Below, one piece after another: positions 48,401-57,892 of a stretch of DNA of 64,000 nt. Both the position numbers and the translations under genes were made by a program. Below the pieces are notes generated by a model. The model was given only the letters and a program-made list of their open reading frames with translations. It was not told where the DNA came from and did not search any database. The number at the start of each line of letters is the position of its first letter. Within the stretch, counting starts at the first letter, position 1. Source of the DNA: a virus (lineage: Duplodnaviria; Caudoviricetes). The stretch lies in IMG/VR virus record IMGVR_UViG_3300031993_000016. The stretch is one strand, 5' to 3'.

Positions 48401-49289
48401 CAAGTAAAACCGGTGTGGTAGTCTTATCTACATACATGCCTAATCTGTGCATATTCTGACATACAGAAATGAGAGGAAATTCAACATTCCAAACAAGATC
48501 TGCAATCTTTTCAAGATGCGCTTTTTTGCATTTAGGGTGATCTTTAGTTACATAAGGAAGTTGCCATTTGAATAAATCATAAGTAATTTTAGCATCGTTA
48601 GCTGCATATAATTTAGCTACTTCTGGTTTACAATATGGAAACATCTGAGGTGTAAAGAAATCGCTGAATTTCTTTGGATCACCGGCGCCCTTTAATACAT
48701 ACTTATTATAAAGACCTTTCAGTGTATTATCTAATTCGTTCTCCTTAAGGCATCTCCATGCAAGGATCACGTCATAGTAACATCTATCATTGAAATCTAC
48801 TTTGAGGTCTTTGTATATCATAGCTAAGTCGAAATCTGCGTTTGCAAAAATCAACTTAATATTAGAATCTGCAAGTCGTTGGAACTCTATAGTGACGTCC
48901 TCATAAGATAATTGATTCTTATAAGGTTCGTCAAATATAGGTACAAGATGTTTCATCGGTATATAACATTCTACACCACCTGGGTAGTATAATGATGCAC
49001 CTACAATAGTATCATGAATTCTGTCAAGGCCTGTAGTCTCTGTATCAATACCCGCATAGCCTGATTCTATAGCTTCATCAATATACTCGTGCAATTGATC
49101 TCGGCTTTCAATGAGAATAGCAAGGGAATCTTGGAAATAATCTAGCACAGCTTGTGACATTTCATTTAGATCTGCGGTGATATTCTTACGTGTGGTTGAC
49201 TTAGTAGGTGTATTAAGCTCTTTACTCTTTGCAGCTATTTGATTAATTTGTTCTAGTTGAGATTTGCTAAATAATCCCAAATATACCAC
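45495..49289 (-). CDS. polA: Family A DNA polymerase with intein
   Basis: 3'-5' exonuclease DTETTG and YAANDA; TGRLSSSEPN; SDYSRQEP; K..LLGISYG; IQGSAAD; IHDEL. Confidence 0.95.
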   Translation of the reverse strand: MVYLGLFSKSQLEQINQIAAKSKELNTPTKSTTRKNITADLNEMSQAVLDYFQDSLAILIESRDQLHEYIDEAIESGYAGIDTETTGLDRIHDTIVGASLYYPGGVECYIPMKHLVPIFDEPYKNQLSYEDVTIEFQRLADSNIKLIFANADFDLAMIYKDLKVDFNDRCYYDVILAWRCLKENELDNTLKGLYNKYVLKGAGDPKKFSDFFTPQMFPYCKPEVAKLYAANDAKITYDLFKWQLPYVTKDHPKCKKAHLEKIADLVWNVEFPLISVCQNMHRLGMYVDKTTTPVLLERYTKKRAAEMDILSAMVDDELAKSTTIPAFSKKPFTSGSTFNPKSPPHVKYLLYTVMNLPQGKNGGSTDKTVLAEMNLPITNQILKVRSLGVLISTFVEKMPNATTADSRIHARFSSVGAACITGDSLIPTDSGYYTIEELTNKSNVIDLPDGEFAEVHGIQIINKDQSLESASHCVCYHNVSTIKVTTELGLVLEGTPNHPIMVSKYTASERSSYLMYNYKGEYPRLHSLWEDRRFKQLDELKINDLIEIPCNFKVTGSYQQTNLVLTAVRNHTSVEAQLPDIFNEEFAEFLGMYHADGSAACREGTYTIALSNDDPDVYTRYSELAKSLFNVTTCQCAKQRENHEVETYIDCMQLRDLDHILCHGTRNKKIPDAIYKSPSSVINAYIKGMTLDSTVYVDENERVAFELSILNEQDARFVQQYLISQGIYSHISYNVKGVTDMFLCLVFNADNYLLFRDHIGFIETKKIKDTKPCVKNQYWHRRVGDSFYVKVKKIEHSVNDVYDFVVPETHSFISNGMISHNTGRLSSSEPNVMNIPSNAHDIRHMFRATPGYVMLSSDYSRQEPAITAFVSGDKGMLDSFIQNRDIYASIASLAFNVPYEKCLEFHPDTHEYQPDGKARRGEAKTILLGISYGRAIPSIAEQLYNSRDDMTDEEKIKGAQKVYDSVMNAFPGLRKIMLASQKFVVTHGYTETILGRRRHLPDMQLPEYEFKPLAGYVNPDIDPLDPETLKNKSDIPERIKASLLKEFKGYKYFGQVANRMKQLHDGEHIKVINNRSKIQDATRQILNSIIQGSAADMSKLAILNLCNDPDWLRIGGRLLTPIHDELCCEVPIEHWKEGGEILSRCMIEAASFLPFNMTCDVTTTLRWYGLEYPCKYPKPESLENLSPEEIKWVQYQLYENEYILPVYKDENGEKPRGDAALGVNGIESDEYFAAIEDYKRRYHIESDIQFIEHIEHKVIYGESL
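46827..48035 (-). mobile_element. Intein with LAGLIDADG homing endonuclease (403 aa)
   Basis: GAA|CITGDS...TPNHP...FLGMYHADG...VYDF.V...ISHN|TGRLSS. Confidence 0.93.
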
Positions 49290-49312
49290 CTCGTTCCGAT
49301 TAAAAATAGAAG

Positions 49313-49349
49313 TAAGTACGCAGAATACTGGAACTATCCTGCGTACTTA
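49313..49349 (-). terminator. Hairpin after the SSB gene
   Basis: TAAGTACGCAG...CTGCGTACTTA inverted repeat. Confidence 0.6.
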
Positions 49350-49379
49350 TATGGAGGAAAAGATGTAAGTATATGATCA

Positions 49380-50111
49380 TTAGAATGATACATCATCTAC
49401 ATCATCACCTTCGTCATTACCTTCTGCAAAATCTTCCGGAGGTAACATAGTATCCTGCGGTACAGCTTCGTATACCGGCGGAATCATATCAGACGAGGTA
49501 GATGTTGCAGAAATGTTTCTTGGAGTTACAGAATAATCTGGAAGATCATCACTGTAGTTTGATGTGTCAGGTTTAGCTAGCAGATCACTAAGTTTAGCTG
49601 CATCAAATTCTTTACAGATTGTATCATAGTGGTCTGGCATCTTAATACCAAATCTACTAAGGATCTGATCATAAGACTCCTGAGAATTCTTTCCAATGAC
49701 TGTAATTTCATACGTGGTATTTATATCACCTGCAACCCCATGACGAGTTATGCGGAATACATATTCACTCGGGTTTGGAAACTTGCTGAATACATCAGAA
49801 CTAAGCTGATTTTCAAACTTAACCGATCTGTCCCAGAACTGAATCTCATTTTCTGTAAGATTGTACACAGGTACAAACAGCTTTGTCTGCACCCTAATAC
49901 CCTTACCGCATGCTGGGCAACCTCTGCCAGTACAATGAACATATCCAGAATATTCGGCTGACTTGATATAATGTGTATCACCGACTAATACGTCTTCAAC
50001 ACCTCTATACAGAAATATTACATCTGCAGAATCATTGTCGTTGACTAATCTGAATAGTCCACCATACCTCTCTTCATTATACTGCTTTACACTTTTAAAT
50101 GCCATGTTCAT
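49380..50111 (-). CDS. Putative ssDNA-binding protein
   Basis: H...C...CPAC Zn motif, OB-like core, acidic tail ending DDVSF, next to the polymerase. Confidence 0.7.
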   Translation of the reverse strand: MNMAFKSVKQYNEERYGGLFRLVNDNDSADVIFLYRGVEDVLVGDTHYIKSAEYSGYVHCTGRGCPACGKGIRVQTKLFVPVYNLTENEIQFWDRSVKFENQLSSDVFSKFPNPSEYVFRITRHGVAGDINTTYEITVIGKNSQESYDQILSRFGIKMPDHYDTICKEFDAAKLSDLLAKPDTSNYSDDLPDYSVTPRNISATSTSSDMIPPVYEAVPQDTMLPPEDFAEGNDEGDDVDDVSF

Positions 50112-50164
50112 ATTCTCCTTTCATTGACATTTATTGATACATATATCATAACGATTTTACTCTG

Positions 50165-50578
50165 TTACAACGACCATGTTGCAAGAGAATCGTTAGTTTC
50201 GCGTAGTTTAACTTCAATAACACGAACGCATGGCTCATGTCTATTAAGCAAATCTTGTAACTCACAAGCAAGACTCTCGCACAAACTTTCAATAGTAAGT
50301 CTGTGTGATCTATAAGTTACAGGTATACCACATACTTTCATACACTCAGCTACTGCATGTTCTTCTTGTATGGAATCTGTACCAATTAAAAATGATTTAT
50401 CTGGGCAGATACTTTTCACATGTTTTGCTAAAACTTTGTAGTCTATGACCTGACCTTCATTCTTATATCGTTCAGGGCCATCAACGGTAACTTCTAATTT
50501 ATATCTGTGTGCGTGTAACTCTGAATTCTGTATATAACATGATTCAAATTCACATCTATATGAAACTGTTGCTCCCAT
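50165..50578 (-). CDS. QueD/PTPS-like protein (divergent)
   Basis: LHAHRYKLEVTV, IDY..L, T.E.L and VKLRET T-fold motifs. Confidence 0.65.
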   Translation of the reverse strand: MGATVSYRCEFESCYIQNSELHAHRYKLEVTVDGPERYKNEGQVIDYKVLAKHVKSICPDKSFLIGTDSIQEEHAVAECMKVCGIPVTYRSHRLTIESLCESLACELQDLLNRHEPCVRVIEVKLRETNDSLATWSL

Positions 50579-50587
50579 ATATCCTCC

Positions 50588-50980
50588 TTATTCTGCATAT
50601 ACTCTAGCTTCATCTCCACCATACTCATACATGACGAAATATTCATCACCTACAGCATCTTTGACGATTTTCTTGCAACGCTTGTGCTCGTATTCACCAT
50701 CAATCTCACGACGACGTTCAAGATATGTAACTGTATCATCAGTACGTGCAACTACAATCAACGTAGCTACACCACCTGTGAACCAATCTGTAAATTCGTA
50801 TGTATCATCAATTTTGAATACTTTAGGTACATCTCTAATCTCTTCAACATCGTCTATGAAATTATGAATATCATAGAATTCATCATATTCACCCTGACCA
50901 GGTGAAAAATATGAATCCGTCATATCGACTCCACCAAAACCTTCAGGAAACTGCTCAGTTAAATCGGGTATGTAGCTCAT
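50588..50980 (-). CDS. Hypothetical protein
   Basis: Start MSYIPD after GGAGGTG. Confidence 0.65.
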   Translation of the reverse strand: MSYIPDLTEQFPEGFGGVDMTDSYFSPGQGEYDEFYDIHNFIDDVEEIRDVPKVFKIDDTYEFTDWFTGGVATLIVVARTDDTVTYLERRREIDGEYEHKRCKKIVKDAVGDEYFVMYEYGGDEARVYAE

Positions 50981-50996
50981 ATTTACACCTCCATCA

Positions 50997-51869
50997 TCAT
51001 GCAAAAGACTCTCTATACTCACCGAAAAGATCTCTAAGGAAATTTATGATTTCGGCTCTCTCATCTGGACTGATACTCTCATGATCTTCCTTTGAAAACT
51101 TCTTAGCACCTTTGTATGTATCCTTAACATATTCACGATACTCGATCTTATATGTGTCATCACCTAAATAAGTTTCTGAAATGATTTCAGTAGCGCCTTC
51201 AGTACCAGAAGGATACTTTGTATGAGAATGTATAGCATTTCGTGCATACTTGTCAACCTTACACTTATGCTTCTTCCACTTCATCCTCCACGGTTCATTA
51301 GCCTTTGGGAGATCTGCTTCTTCATCTGTCCAATCATACTCTTCACCAATAAGTTCAGCTACTACTATGATGGTCTTACGTCCACGAGATTCAATAGCTC
51401 GCCAGATCCTTGCTTCTGCTTCAGCAGCAATGTGTGCTTCGATGGTGTGATTAGTATCTGCAAAAGTATCGAATAAATCAAACTCACCATCTGAAGAATT
51501 CTGAATGTTGCTGCATTCGTTCTCATAAGCCTTCTTGTAGCGATTAGGATCTCTACAGAGGCAGTAAAGGCAGTTATAAACTACCTTATAGATGTATCCT
51601 GGTGTAAACTTCTTACTATCGGCCTTTATAAGCTCTACATTCTTCTGCAGGTACTGGAGCACTTCCGCTACACCATCGGCTTCTGTTGAGTAGACACTCT
51701 TAAGCTTATACCAAGCAAGTGTAATCTGTTCGAAAAACTGGCAATATAAAACCGCTGCCTTAAGGTCGTCAGCTACTTCGAGCCACGCTTCATAAGACAA
51801 CGGTGCGTTGTAATTTACATACTGGGAAAAAAGTTCACGAGTTGTATAAAGATCAGACTTTGTAGACAT
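50997..51869 (-). CDS. Putative phage sigma factor (ECF-like region 2)
   Basis: LY.QF..QI..AW...ADGVAEVL..L......F..YIYKVVYN.L...R pattern; preceded by a host-type promoter. Confidence 0.5.
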   Translation of the reverse strand: MSTKSDLYTTRELFSQYVNYNAPLSYEAWLEVADDLKAAVLYCQFFEQITLAWYKLKSVYSTEADGVAEVLQYLQKNVELIKADSKKFTPGYIYKVVYNCLYCLCRDPNRYKKAYENECSNIQNSSDGEFDLFDTFADTNHTIEAHIAAEAEARIWRAIESRGRKTIIVVAELIGEEYDWTDEEADLPKANEPWRMKWKKHKCKVDKYARNAIHSHTKYPSGTEGATEIISETYLGDDTYKIEYREYVKDTYKGAKKFSKEDHESISPDERAEIINFLRDLFGEYRESFA

Positions 51870-51952
51870 ATGAAATACCTCCAATTTTGAAATTTGTTGA
51901 CGTCTTCGATAAGTATTGATATATTATTTCGTATGACGTTGCTATGTATATT

Positions 51953-51981
51953 ATTATAGACGGATTTTGACCAAAAATCAA
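51953..51981 (-). promoter_or_regulatory. Sigma70-type promoter
   Basis: TTGATT-N17-TATAAT. Confidence 0.75.
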
Positions 51982-51998
51982 GCCCAATTTTAAATATT

Positions 51999-52349
51999 TT
52001 AACGATTTTCTTCTAACTTGTTGTATTCTGCCGTGAAGTCTGTTTCAAATATCTCCATCCACTTCTTCAACCCATGTTCATACGTTTTAACATCACTTTT
52101 CTTCAACTTACGAGCTATCCAAGCTTCTTGTGCTGCAGATTTAAGTTGAAGATCCTTGTATTGACCTAGTTTACTATGAACACCTTCTGGGCCTCGATGA
52201 CAGCTAGAGCATAAACCTACAAGTAGATGATACTGTGTAGCTAGACTTCGCTTCTCTTTACTACCATGAATGCAATGATGTAATTCAACATTGTCCATGC
52301 TCCCGCACAAACAGCAAACTTCTAAGTTACCTGTTACTATACTTCGCAT
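51999..52349 (-). CDS. HNH-like (Ref-like) nuclease
   Basis: C.LCG...ELHH...LC..CH...VH. Confidence 0.65.
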   Translation of the reverse strand: MRSIVTGNLEVCCLCGSMDNVELHHCIHGSKEKRSLATQYHLLVGLCSSCHRGPEGVHSKLGQYKDLQLKSAAQEAWIARKLKKSDVKTYEHGLKKWMEIFETDFTAEYNKLEENR

Positions 52350-52363
52350 TAAGCATCACCCTT

Positions 52364-52594
52364 TCAAGAATTTGATTCTTTGCGTAATTTATATATATGT
52401 AAGATTAAGCATGCTCCGTTCAGTAACCATACGCTAAATGCACCGATCAACAACCCATATGTTACAAACAGTATACACCCAACTATGTTGATATAGCGTA
52501 TCTTCTTAACATCCGATTGAGTGAAGCTGATAAGTACTAAAATTGTAGCTAATATGCCTATGATTTCTTTCCAACTGTTTATCATGAAAATCAC
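52364..52594 (-). CDS. Small membrane protein (YgjV-like)
   Basis: Hydrophobic segments; IG.LA..LVLISF...IR.IN..G...F..YG. Confidence 0.6.
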   Translation of the reverse strand: MIFMINSWKEIIGILATILVLISFTQSDVKKIRYINIVGCILFVTYGLLIGAFSVWLLNGACLILHIYKLRKESNS

Positions 52595-53589
52595 TCCCTT
52601 TCAGCATACAGCTGATCAAATTCTTCTTTAGTTAAATCGTTCAGGTCTTTACCATCAGGCATTGGGATGACCCATACAAACGCAACAGATTGTAACTGCT
52701 TTTTTAATTTCTGTGCAGCATGTCTACCAGCATCATCTCCATCAGTACAAATTACAAACTCATCCATACCTAATTGCTTAAGTTGTTGTATTTGATATGA
52801 ATTACCGGTACCTAGTAAGCCAACTGCAGGTTTTCCATATATTACGCTTGTAAGCGTATTGATGCAACTTTCACAAATCACTAATGAATGAGTGCCTTCT
52901 GGGATCATATCAATGCCATATACAGGTTTAGTTACGCCTTGTGGGTAATTGTATAGTTTTCCTTGTATACTACGTCGACATAGAAACAATGTATTACCTG
53001 AAGCATCCCGTATAGGGAATGTGATGCAAGGCACAGGTTTAACTCTACCTGGAGGTACCCACTTAGCATCATATCCTACATCATATTTCTCAATGATTTC
53101 ATCTGTGAGTTTTCGCTCATACATGTAAGGTACAATAAATCTATAAGATGCTAATTCTCCCTCACTAATGTAATCAGGCTGTGGTTGTGTTATCTTCTGG
53201 ATATAATCAATCGCATACTTGTTGTTTATTGCATCCATCATGGATTCTGGTATGAGATAATCAAAATCAGCTTCCGGATCATATCCAGGCACATTTGCAA
53301 TAAGCCATTCTTGCCCCGTCATTTTGATATCATGAAGCTTAAGTATCTCAGTAACAAGTTTAACTAAATTGCCAGAAGCACCACATGCAAAGCAATGATA
53401 CATACCTGCAGGATAACTCTGACCGCCTCGATATTGATCATGTAAGCTTATACCAAACGATGGTTTCTTTTCGTTACCACCACCATGAAATGGACATTTG
53501 CATTGATACCAATCTTGCATCTGCTTAGTAGGATGTAACAATCCATGAGCTTCAAGTATATTTACAATCTGAATTATATCTACTGCCAT
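52591..53589 (-). CDS. dnaG: DNA primase (CHC2 Zn finger plus TOPRIM)
   Basis: CPFH...PSF...HCFACG; ICES; DGDDAG; KDLND. Confidence 0.9.
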   Translation of the reverse strand: MAVDIIQIVNILEAHGLLHPTKQMQDWYQCKCPFHGGGNEKKPSFGISLHDQYRGGQSYPAGMYHCFACGASGNLVKLVTEILKLHDIKMTGQEWLIANVPGYDPEADFDYLIPESMMDAINNKYAIDYIQKITQPQPDYISEGELASYRFIVPYMYERKLTDEIIEKYDVGYDAKWVPPGRVKPVPCITFPIRDASGNTLFLCRRSIQGKLYNYPQGVTKPVYGIDMIPEGTHSLVICESCINTLTSVIYGKPAVGLLGTGNSYQIQQLKQLGMDEFVICTDGDDAGRHAAQKLKKQLQSVAFVWVIPMPDGKDLNDLTKEEFDQLYAERE

Positions 53590-53607
53590 TCAGATCACCT
53601 CGCGTAA

Positions 53608-53829
53608 TTATTCAGATTCAATTGGGCGATTATAGTAATCCCAGGACATACTACTACCATTAGACTCATGGCAATAAGGGCAAATATCTTCGGATCTATC
53701 TCGAAATCCTGCTATCTGTTCCTCACTTACTTGTCTGTACTTCTTACCACAATGCGAACACGTTACAATCTCTTCATAAGTTTCAAGTTCTCGATCTTCC
53801 CAATCGCCATCTTCATTAAAAAATCCCAT
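53608..53829 (-). CDS. Zn-ribbon hypothetical protein
   Basis: CSHC...CPYC. Confidence 0.65.
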   Translation of the reverse strand: MGFFNEDGDWEDRELETYEEIVTCSHCGKKYRQVSEEQIAGFRDRSEDICPYCHESNGSSMSWDYYNRPIESE

Positions 53830-53832
53830 GAT

Positions 53833-54699
53833 TCAATCTCTCCCTTCTATTAATTCGAACTGTAATCCTTTAACATCTACACCTTCACTAGCAGACCGCT
53901 TGATAGTGCTACTATCTAAATTATATCGAAGTGCAGCTTCGGCTAAACTTCGATATTCAGTACCGTCAGTGACGCACCTTACAGGTATCCCACATATCTG
54001 TTTTGAAAGTTCTCCGCAAACTTTTGGATTTCTCAAACCTAATTCTATTGAATGTTGAAGGTTCTCTATGTTAGTGACCCATTCTAGATTTTCAACATTG
54101 TTGTTGATCTTATTCCCGTCTCTGTGATTAACCTGAGGCAAATTTCCTGGATTTGGTATGAAAGCTGATGCTACTAATCTATGTACGCTACACAATTTTG
54201 ATTCACCTCTCACTGACAGCATACAATGTTCATATCCGTCAGCACCTACATGAAGCTTTAGCTCATGCACATCTCTAAACACAACTCCGCCGTTGTAACT
54301 AACTAAGCGGCCGACACTTCGTATCTTGCCATACCTACTCGCCTGATAGCTGCCTTCATAGCCTGGTATAGATTTCCAAATCTCATCATCCACAACTTCT
54401 GGAGATACTATAGAAAGATTACTCACTGCATCGGAATTACCAGATAGATGAAATACTGGTGTATCGGGCGTATATCCTTCTAGAAATGCTTCTGCTACAA
54501 GCTTACTTACACGAATTGTAGACACGTTACCGTCTTTGGACAAGTACACTTGACCCCGATATGGCTTCAGTACATTTTGACCTATGCGCCTCACTTCTCC
54601 TAAAGAGCTGACCTCATACAGACCTTCATAACCTTTGACAGATCTCCATCTGCATTCGCCAGTAGATGCACTTTCAGGAATGTTGAAAAGCTTTCGCAT
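53833..54699 (-). CDS. HNH homing endonuclease with tandem NUMOD4 modules
   Basis: GYEGLYEVSSLG; VHRLVA..F; VNHRDGNK.NN..NLEW. Confidence 0.9.
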   Translation of the reverse strand: MRKLFNIPESASTGECRWRSVKGYEGLYEVSSLGEVRRIGQNVLKPYRGQVYLSKDGNVSTIRVSKLVAEAFLEGYTPDTPVFHLSGNSDAVSNLSIVSPEVVDDEIWKSIPGYEGSYQASRYGKIRSVGRLVSYNGGVVFRDVHELKLHVGADGYEHCMLSVRGESKLCSVHRLVASAFIPNPGNLPQVNHRDGNKINNNVENLEWVTNIENLQHSIELGLRNPKVCGELSKQICGIPVRCVTDGTEYRSLAEAALRYNLDSSTIKRSASEGVDVKGLQFELIEGRD

Positions 54700-54709
54700 C
54701 AGCTACCTC

Positions 54710-56071
54710 CTAGAACTCAACATCTTCATCATCCCAATCATCACCTAAATCATCATCCAACACCGCACTATCTGAAGTAGATGTATGCGTAGAAACTGTA
54801 GGCATTGATGGAACTACTGAGTTATTTATCATTGGATCTTCATCACCACCTGGCAAGTACTGCATGTTTCCTGTATTAACATCCCAAGCGTAGCTGAGAA
54901 TAGGTTTTTGATTGTTTGCATTTCTTGCTTTTTCAAGCCTGACGTCTAATACGTGTTTATCAAATATCTGACGAAGTGACCAAGCTTGAGTACATATGCG
55001 TGCTGGGTGATCGCTTCCCTCGCAATTGTATAGATCAGGGAATGCGACGCCCTTATCATCTAAGTTCAGCTTAGTTTCTCTATTAGCCTGCATCGCTACA
55101 ACCATTGCACAACCATACTGTTTGCTTAATTTGAATAAGCCGTTACAGATGTTTTTGTACTTGATATGATCTGTAGGAGCTTTCTGTACATCAGCCATGT
55201 AAGACAAACCGTCAACAATCACAAGCTGTAAATTAAATCGCTTAATGAGATTTTCTATGTTAGCTACATTTACCTCACCTTCTGACATATCTTTATCTTC
55301 TATGACATACAGTGAAGCACTATCTTTATCAGCTTGCAATTCTTTGATATATGTTTCATACTGTTCTGTATATTTACCTTGGAACAGCTGGCTATTTTGG
55401 AAATGACCTCTCCAAGTATCAAATCGAGTTCCGATATATGATGATTGCATCTCAGGAGAATAATATCCAACATTAAATCCATGTTTCTGTGCAGATTCTG
55501 CTATTCTAGTTAATGTCCACGATTTTCCAATACCAGTACGGCCTATGATGAGTAGCAACTCTTCTACCGTAGATAATCCACCATACATGAGTTTGTCTAT
55601 TTCAGCAAAGCCTGTTGGTATTCTACGTTGCTTGGCAAATTCTTTGACTTGATCAGCACGTGTTTGTGCTTCATGGATGATATCCATTGGTTTATTTTCG
55701 TCAAGTTGTGCAACTCTGTCACATTGTCTATTCAAATACTCCCAAGCTTCTGTAACATCTTCTGAACCTAAATCTTTGATCTTGTTAAATGTCTCTCGTA
55801 TCAGAATTCGTTGCTTATTTTTACGAATTTCACGGGTCAAATAAGTAAGTGGTTCATTGACTGTGATTAAGTTGATATCTGGAAATTCAGCTTGGAATGT
55901 AAAAGCATCAGGAACAACTCCGTATTGGGATAGATGATCAAATATGAATTTAATCTGATTATGAAACACGGAATAATAAGACGGGTCATAGTTGCATAAT
56001 GTATCTATTTCTTGTTGATTTTCACTAGTTATAAGTTTTGAAATTATCTGAAGTTCAATTGACGCAATCAA
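54710..56071 (-). CDS. dnaB: Replicative helicase (DnaB-like)
   Basis: IPTGF..ID, GRTGIGKS, SPEM, VIVDG, QANR. Confidence 0.88.
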   Translation of the reverse strand: MIASIELQIISKLITSENQQEIDTLCNYDPSYYSVFHNQIKFIFDHLSQYGVVPDAFTFQAEFPDINLITVNEPLTYLTREIRKNKQRILIRETFNKIKDLGSEDVTEAWEYLNRQCDRVAQLDENKPMDIIHEAQTRADQVKEFAKQRRIPTGFAEIDKLMYGGLSTVEELLLIIGRTGIGKSWTLTRIAESAQKHGFNVGYYSPEMQSSYIGTRFDTWRGHFQNSQLFQGKYTEQYETYIKELQADKDSASLYVIEDKDMSEGEVNVANIENLIKRFNLQLVIVDGLSYMADVQKAPTDHIKYKNICNGLFKLSKQYGCAMVVAMQANRETKLNLDDKGVAFPDLYNCEGSDHPARICTQAWSLRQIFDKHVLDVRLEKARNANNQKPILSYAWDVNTGNMQYLPGGDEDPMINNSVVPSMPTVSTHTSTSDSAVLDDDLGDDWDDEDVEF

Positions 56072-56688
56072 GAATTATCACCCCCTATTCGAGAGGCTCT
56101 ATTCAATAATTCTTGAAGCAATGTGGTGAACACATATTTGTTAGAATTAGTTGCACGAATGCCACCACCATAAGGTCTCACTACTATAGTAGTTAATCCT
56201 TCAGATTGTCGCTGCTGAATCAGATTCAATAAAGTTTGTGACTCAAAATCTGTAAAGCTTACATAATCTGTATTAGATATAATTAATATCTTTGCAGTAT
56301 CGTGCCATATTCGCATGTACTGTAGCTCTTCGGATTCGGCACCTTTCCAGGACTTCTTTATCTCATCAATGTATTTAGAATATCTGAGATTGTATACAGT
56401 ACAATGTAGTCGACTGCCTTTCCAATTTTGGCAAATTGCGCAATATGTAAGCAAATCGGCTTCATAAATTGTATTATCTTTAGCACCTACTTCATAACTG
56501 ACTAACTGACCCTCACTAGCATCAAGTAACTGTAAAGTTTTTTGAATTTTATCAGGACTTGCTTTGAATACAGCATTAGTAGATTGTATACTGTTTCGCT
56601 CTAATAAATATGAAGTCTCTGCAAGTATTGGGCATGATTTATCACAAAAGTTTTCAATACAATGTGCTGTGAAGATACAATTATACAT
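56068..56688 (-). CDS. Helicase loader-like protein (degenerate DnaC/IstB type)
   Basis: N-terminal Cys cluster; ILIIS..D and LL.LI..R....L.TIV segments; coupled to the helicase; no clear Walker A. Confidence 0.5.
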   Translation of the reverse strand: MYNCIFTAHCIENFCDKSCPILAETSYLLERNSIQSTNAVFKASPDKIQKTLQLLDASEGQLVSYEVGAKDNTIYEADLLTYCAICQNWKGSRLHCTVYNLRYSKYIDEIKKSWKGAESEELQYMRIWHDTAKILIISNTDYVSFTDFESQTLLNLIQQRQSEGLTTIVVRPYGGGIRATNSNKYVFTTLLQELLNRASRIGGDNS

Positions 56689-57889
56689 TTTCTGATAACC
56701 TCCTCAACACAGGATTCCTAGTTCGCTTATAATTAACACGAGCAGCTACACAAGATCTAGCTAGCTCAACTGCATCTGTATAACCCATTTTATTGTAATC
56801 AGCTGCTGTAGTAAATAGTGTTAAGAATGGGTCAAGTGAACCATATATATTATAACGATGCTGTATATGTTTGATATCTCGCTCTAATAAGTATCTACGC
56901 ACTACATATTCTTTGATAAATTCTTTTGTGTAAGGAATTGAAGAAGATTCAGGCAGTTGTTTCCATACATCTGAAATCTTATGCAACTCGCCATCAATTT
57001 CAATTGTACTGTAGAAACTTTCTATGTTACCGTCTACGTCTTTCTGAAGTTTAAAAAGATGTGGATATCTAATAACATTATCAATTAACTGCTTTCGAGT
57101 GAATCCATGAACAGGTAATATGAGGCCTAGCTGTGGATGCAATTCGATATCTTCACAAAGTTGATACATACATTCTGCACGTGTACGAATGAACGTGTTA
57201 GGAAATAACTTAATCAGATCTTTATCTGTCATCCGATTTACATCCGTAGTAGCCGAAATCTCATTCTGCTTTGTAGGGATTTCGGGATAGCTGATGTATA
57301 CAGTAAATACAGTACCATCAATTGCCCCAGATGCATATGCCCTAGATGAATCAAATCTAGGCACAGTAGGCGGCTGTATGTATAAATCACTTTTATCTGT
57401 TTCTTTGAATATTGTAGCAGGCTGATCAAGCGGTGTAACTTTAATTGGATCGGTATTTGGTACATGCTTAAATCCTTTCTTCTCAGGCGAGCTAGCAGGC
57501 TCAGATGAAAGCTTTTCACTGGCTACAGCGTTTACTGCTGAATCAGATGCTTGAATTGGGACATCTACCCAATCTATATCCTTCATGTTGATATAAAAAT
57601 CTTTCAGATTATCTTCAAGTATGTCTTCATCATAGTTGGTAAAAGTATTCCATGGATCTTTTGCATCCCAAGTAAGTGGTTTACTGTCTTTAGAAATATA
57701 CATCCAACTGATGCAGTTAAATGCATGAATTATCTTATTCTTACAAGCATTTGTATTATCAAATATATCTATCACCTGATCTATGAATGTAGAATGCACT
57801 GTAGATAATTCACCTTTTACAGATGGTGGATATTTAATTGTACTAGTAAGCTGCAGAAATTCAAGCGGCTTCTTACGTTTACTTCCCAT
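56681..57889 (-). CDS. Hypothetical protein
   Basis: 402-aa ORF in the replication operon. Confidence 0.75.
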   Translation of the reverse strand: MGSKRKKPLEFLQLTSTIKYPPSVKGELSTVHSTFIDQVIDIFDNTNACKNKIIHAFNCISWMYISKDSKPLTWDAKDPWNTFTNYDEDILEDNLKDFYINMKDIDWVDVPIQASDSAVNAVASEKLSSEPASSPEKKGFKHVPNTDPIKVTPLDQPATIFKETDKSDLYIQPPTVPRFDSSRAYASGAIDGTVFTVYISYPEIPTKQNEISATTDVNRMTDKDLIKLFPNTFIRTRAECMYQLCEDIELHPQLGLILPVHGFTRKQLIDNVIRYPHLFKLQKDVDGNIESFYSTIEIDGELHKISDVWKQLPESSSIPYTKEFIKEYVVRRYLLERDIKHIQHRYNIYGSLDPFLTLFTTAADYNKMGYTDAVELARSCVAARVNYKRTRNPVLRRLSENV

Positions 57890-57892
57890 AGC

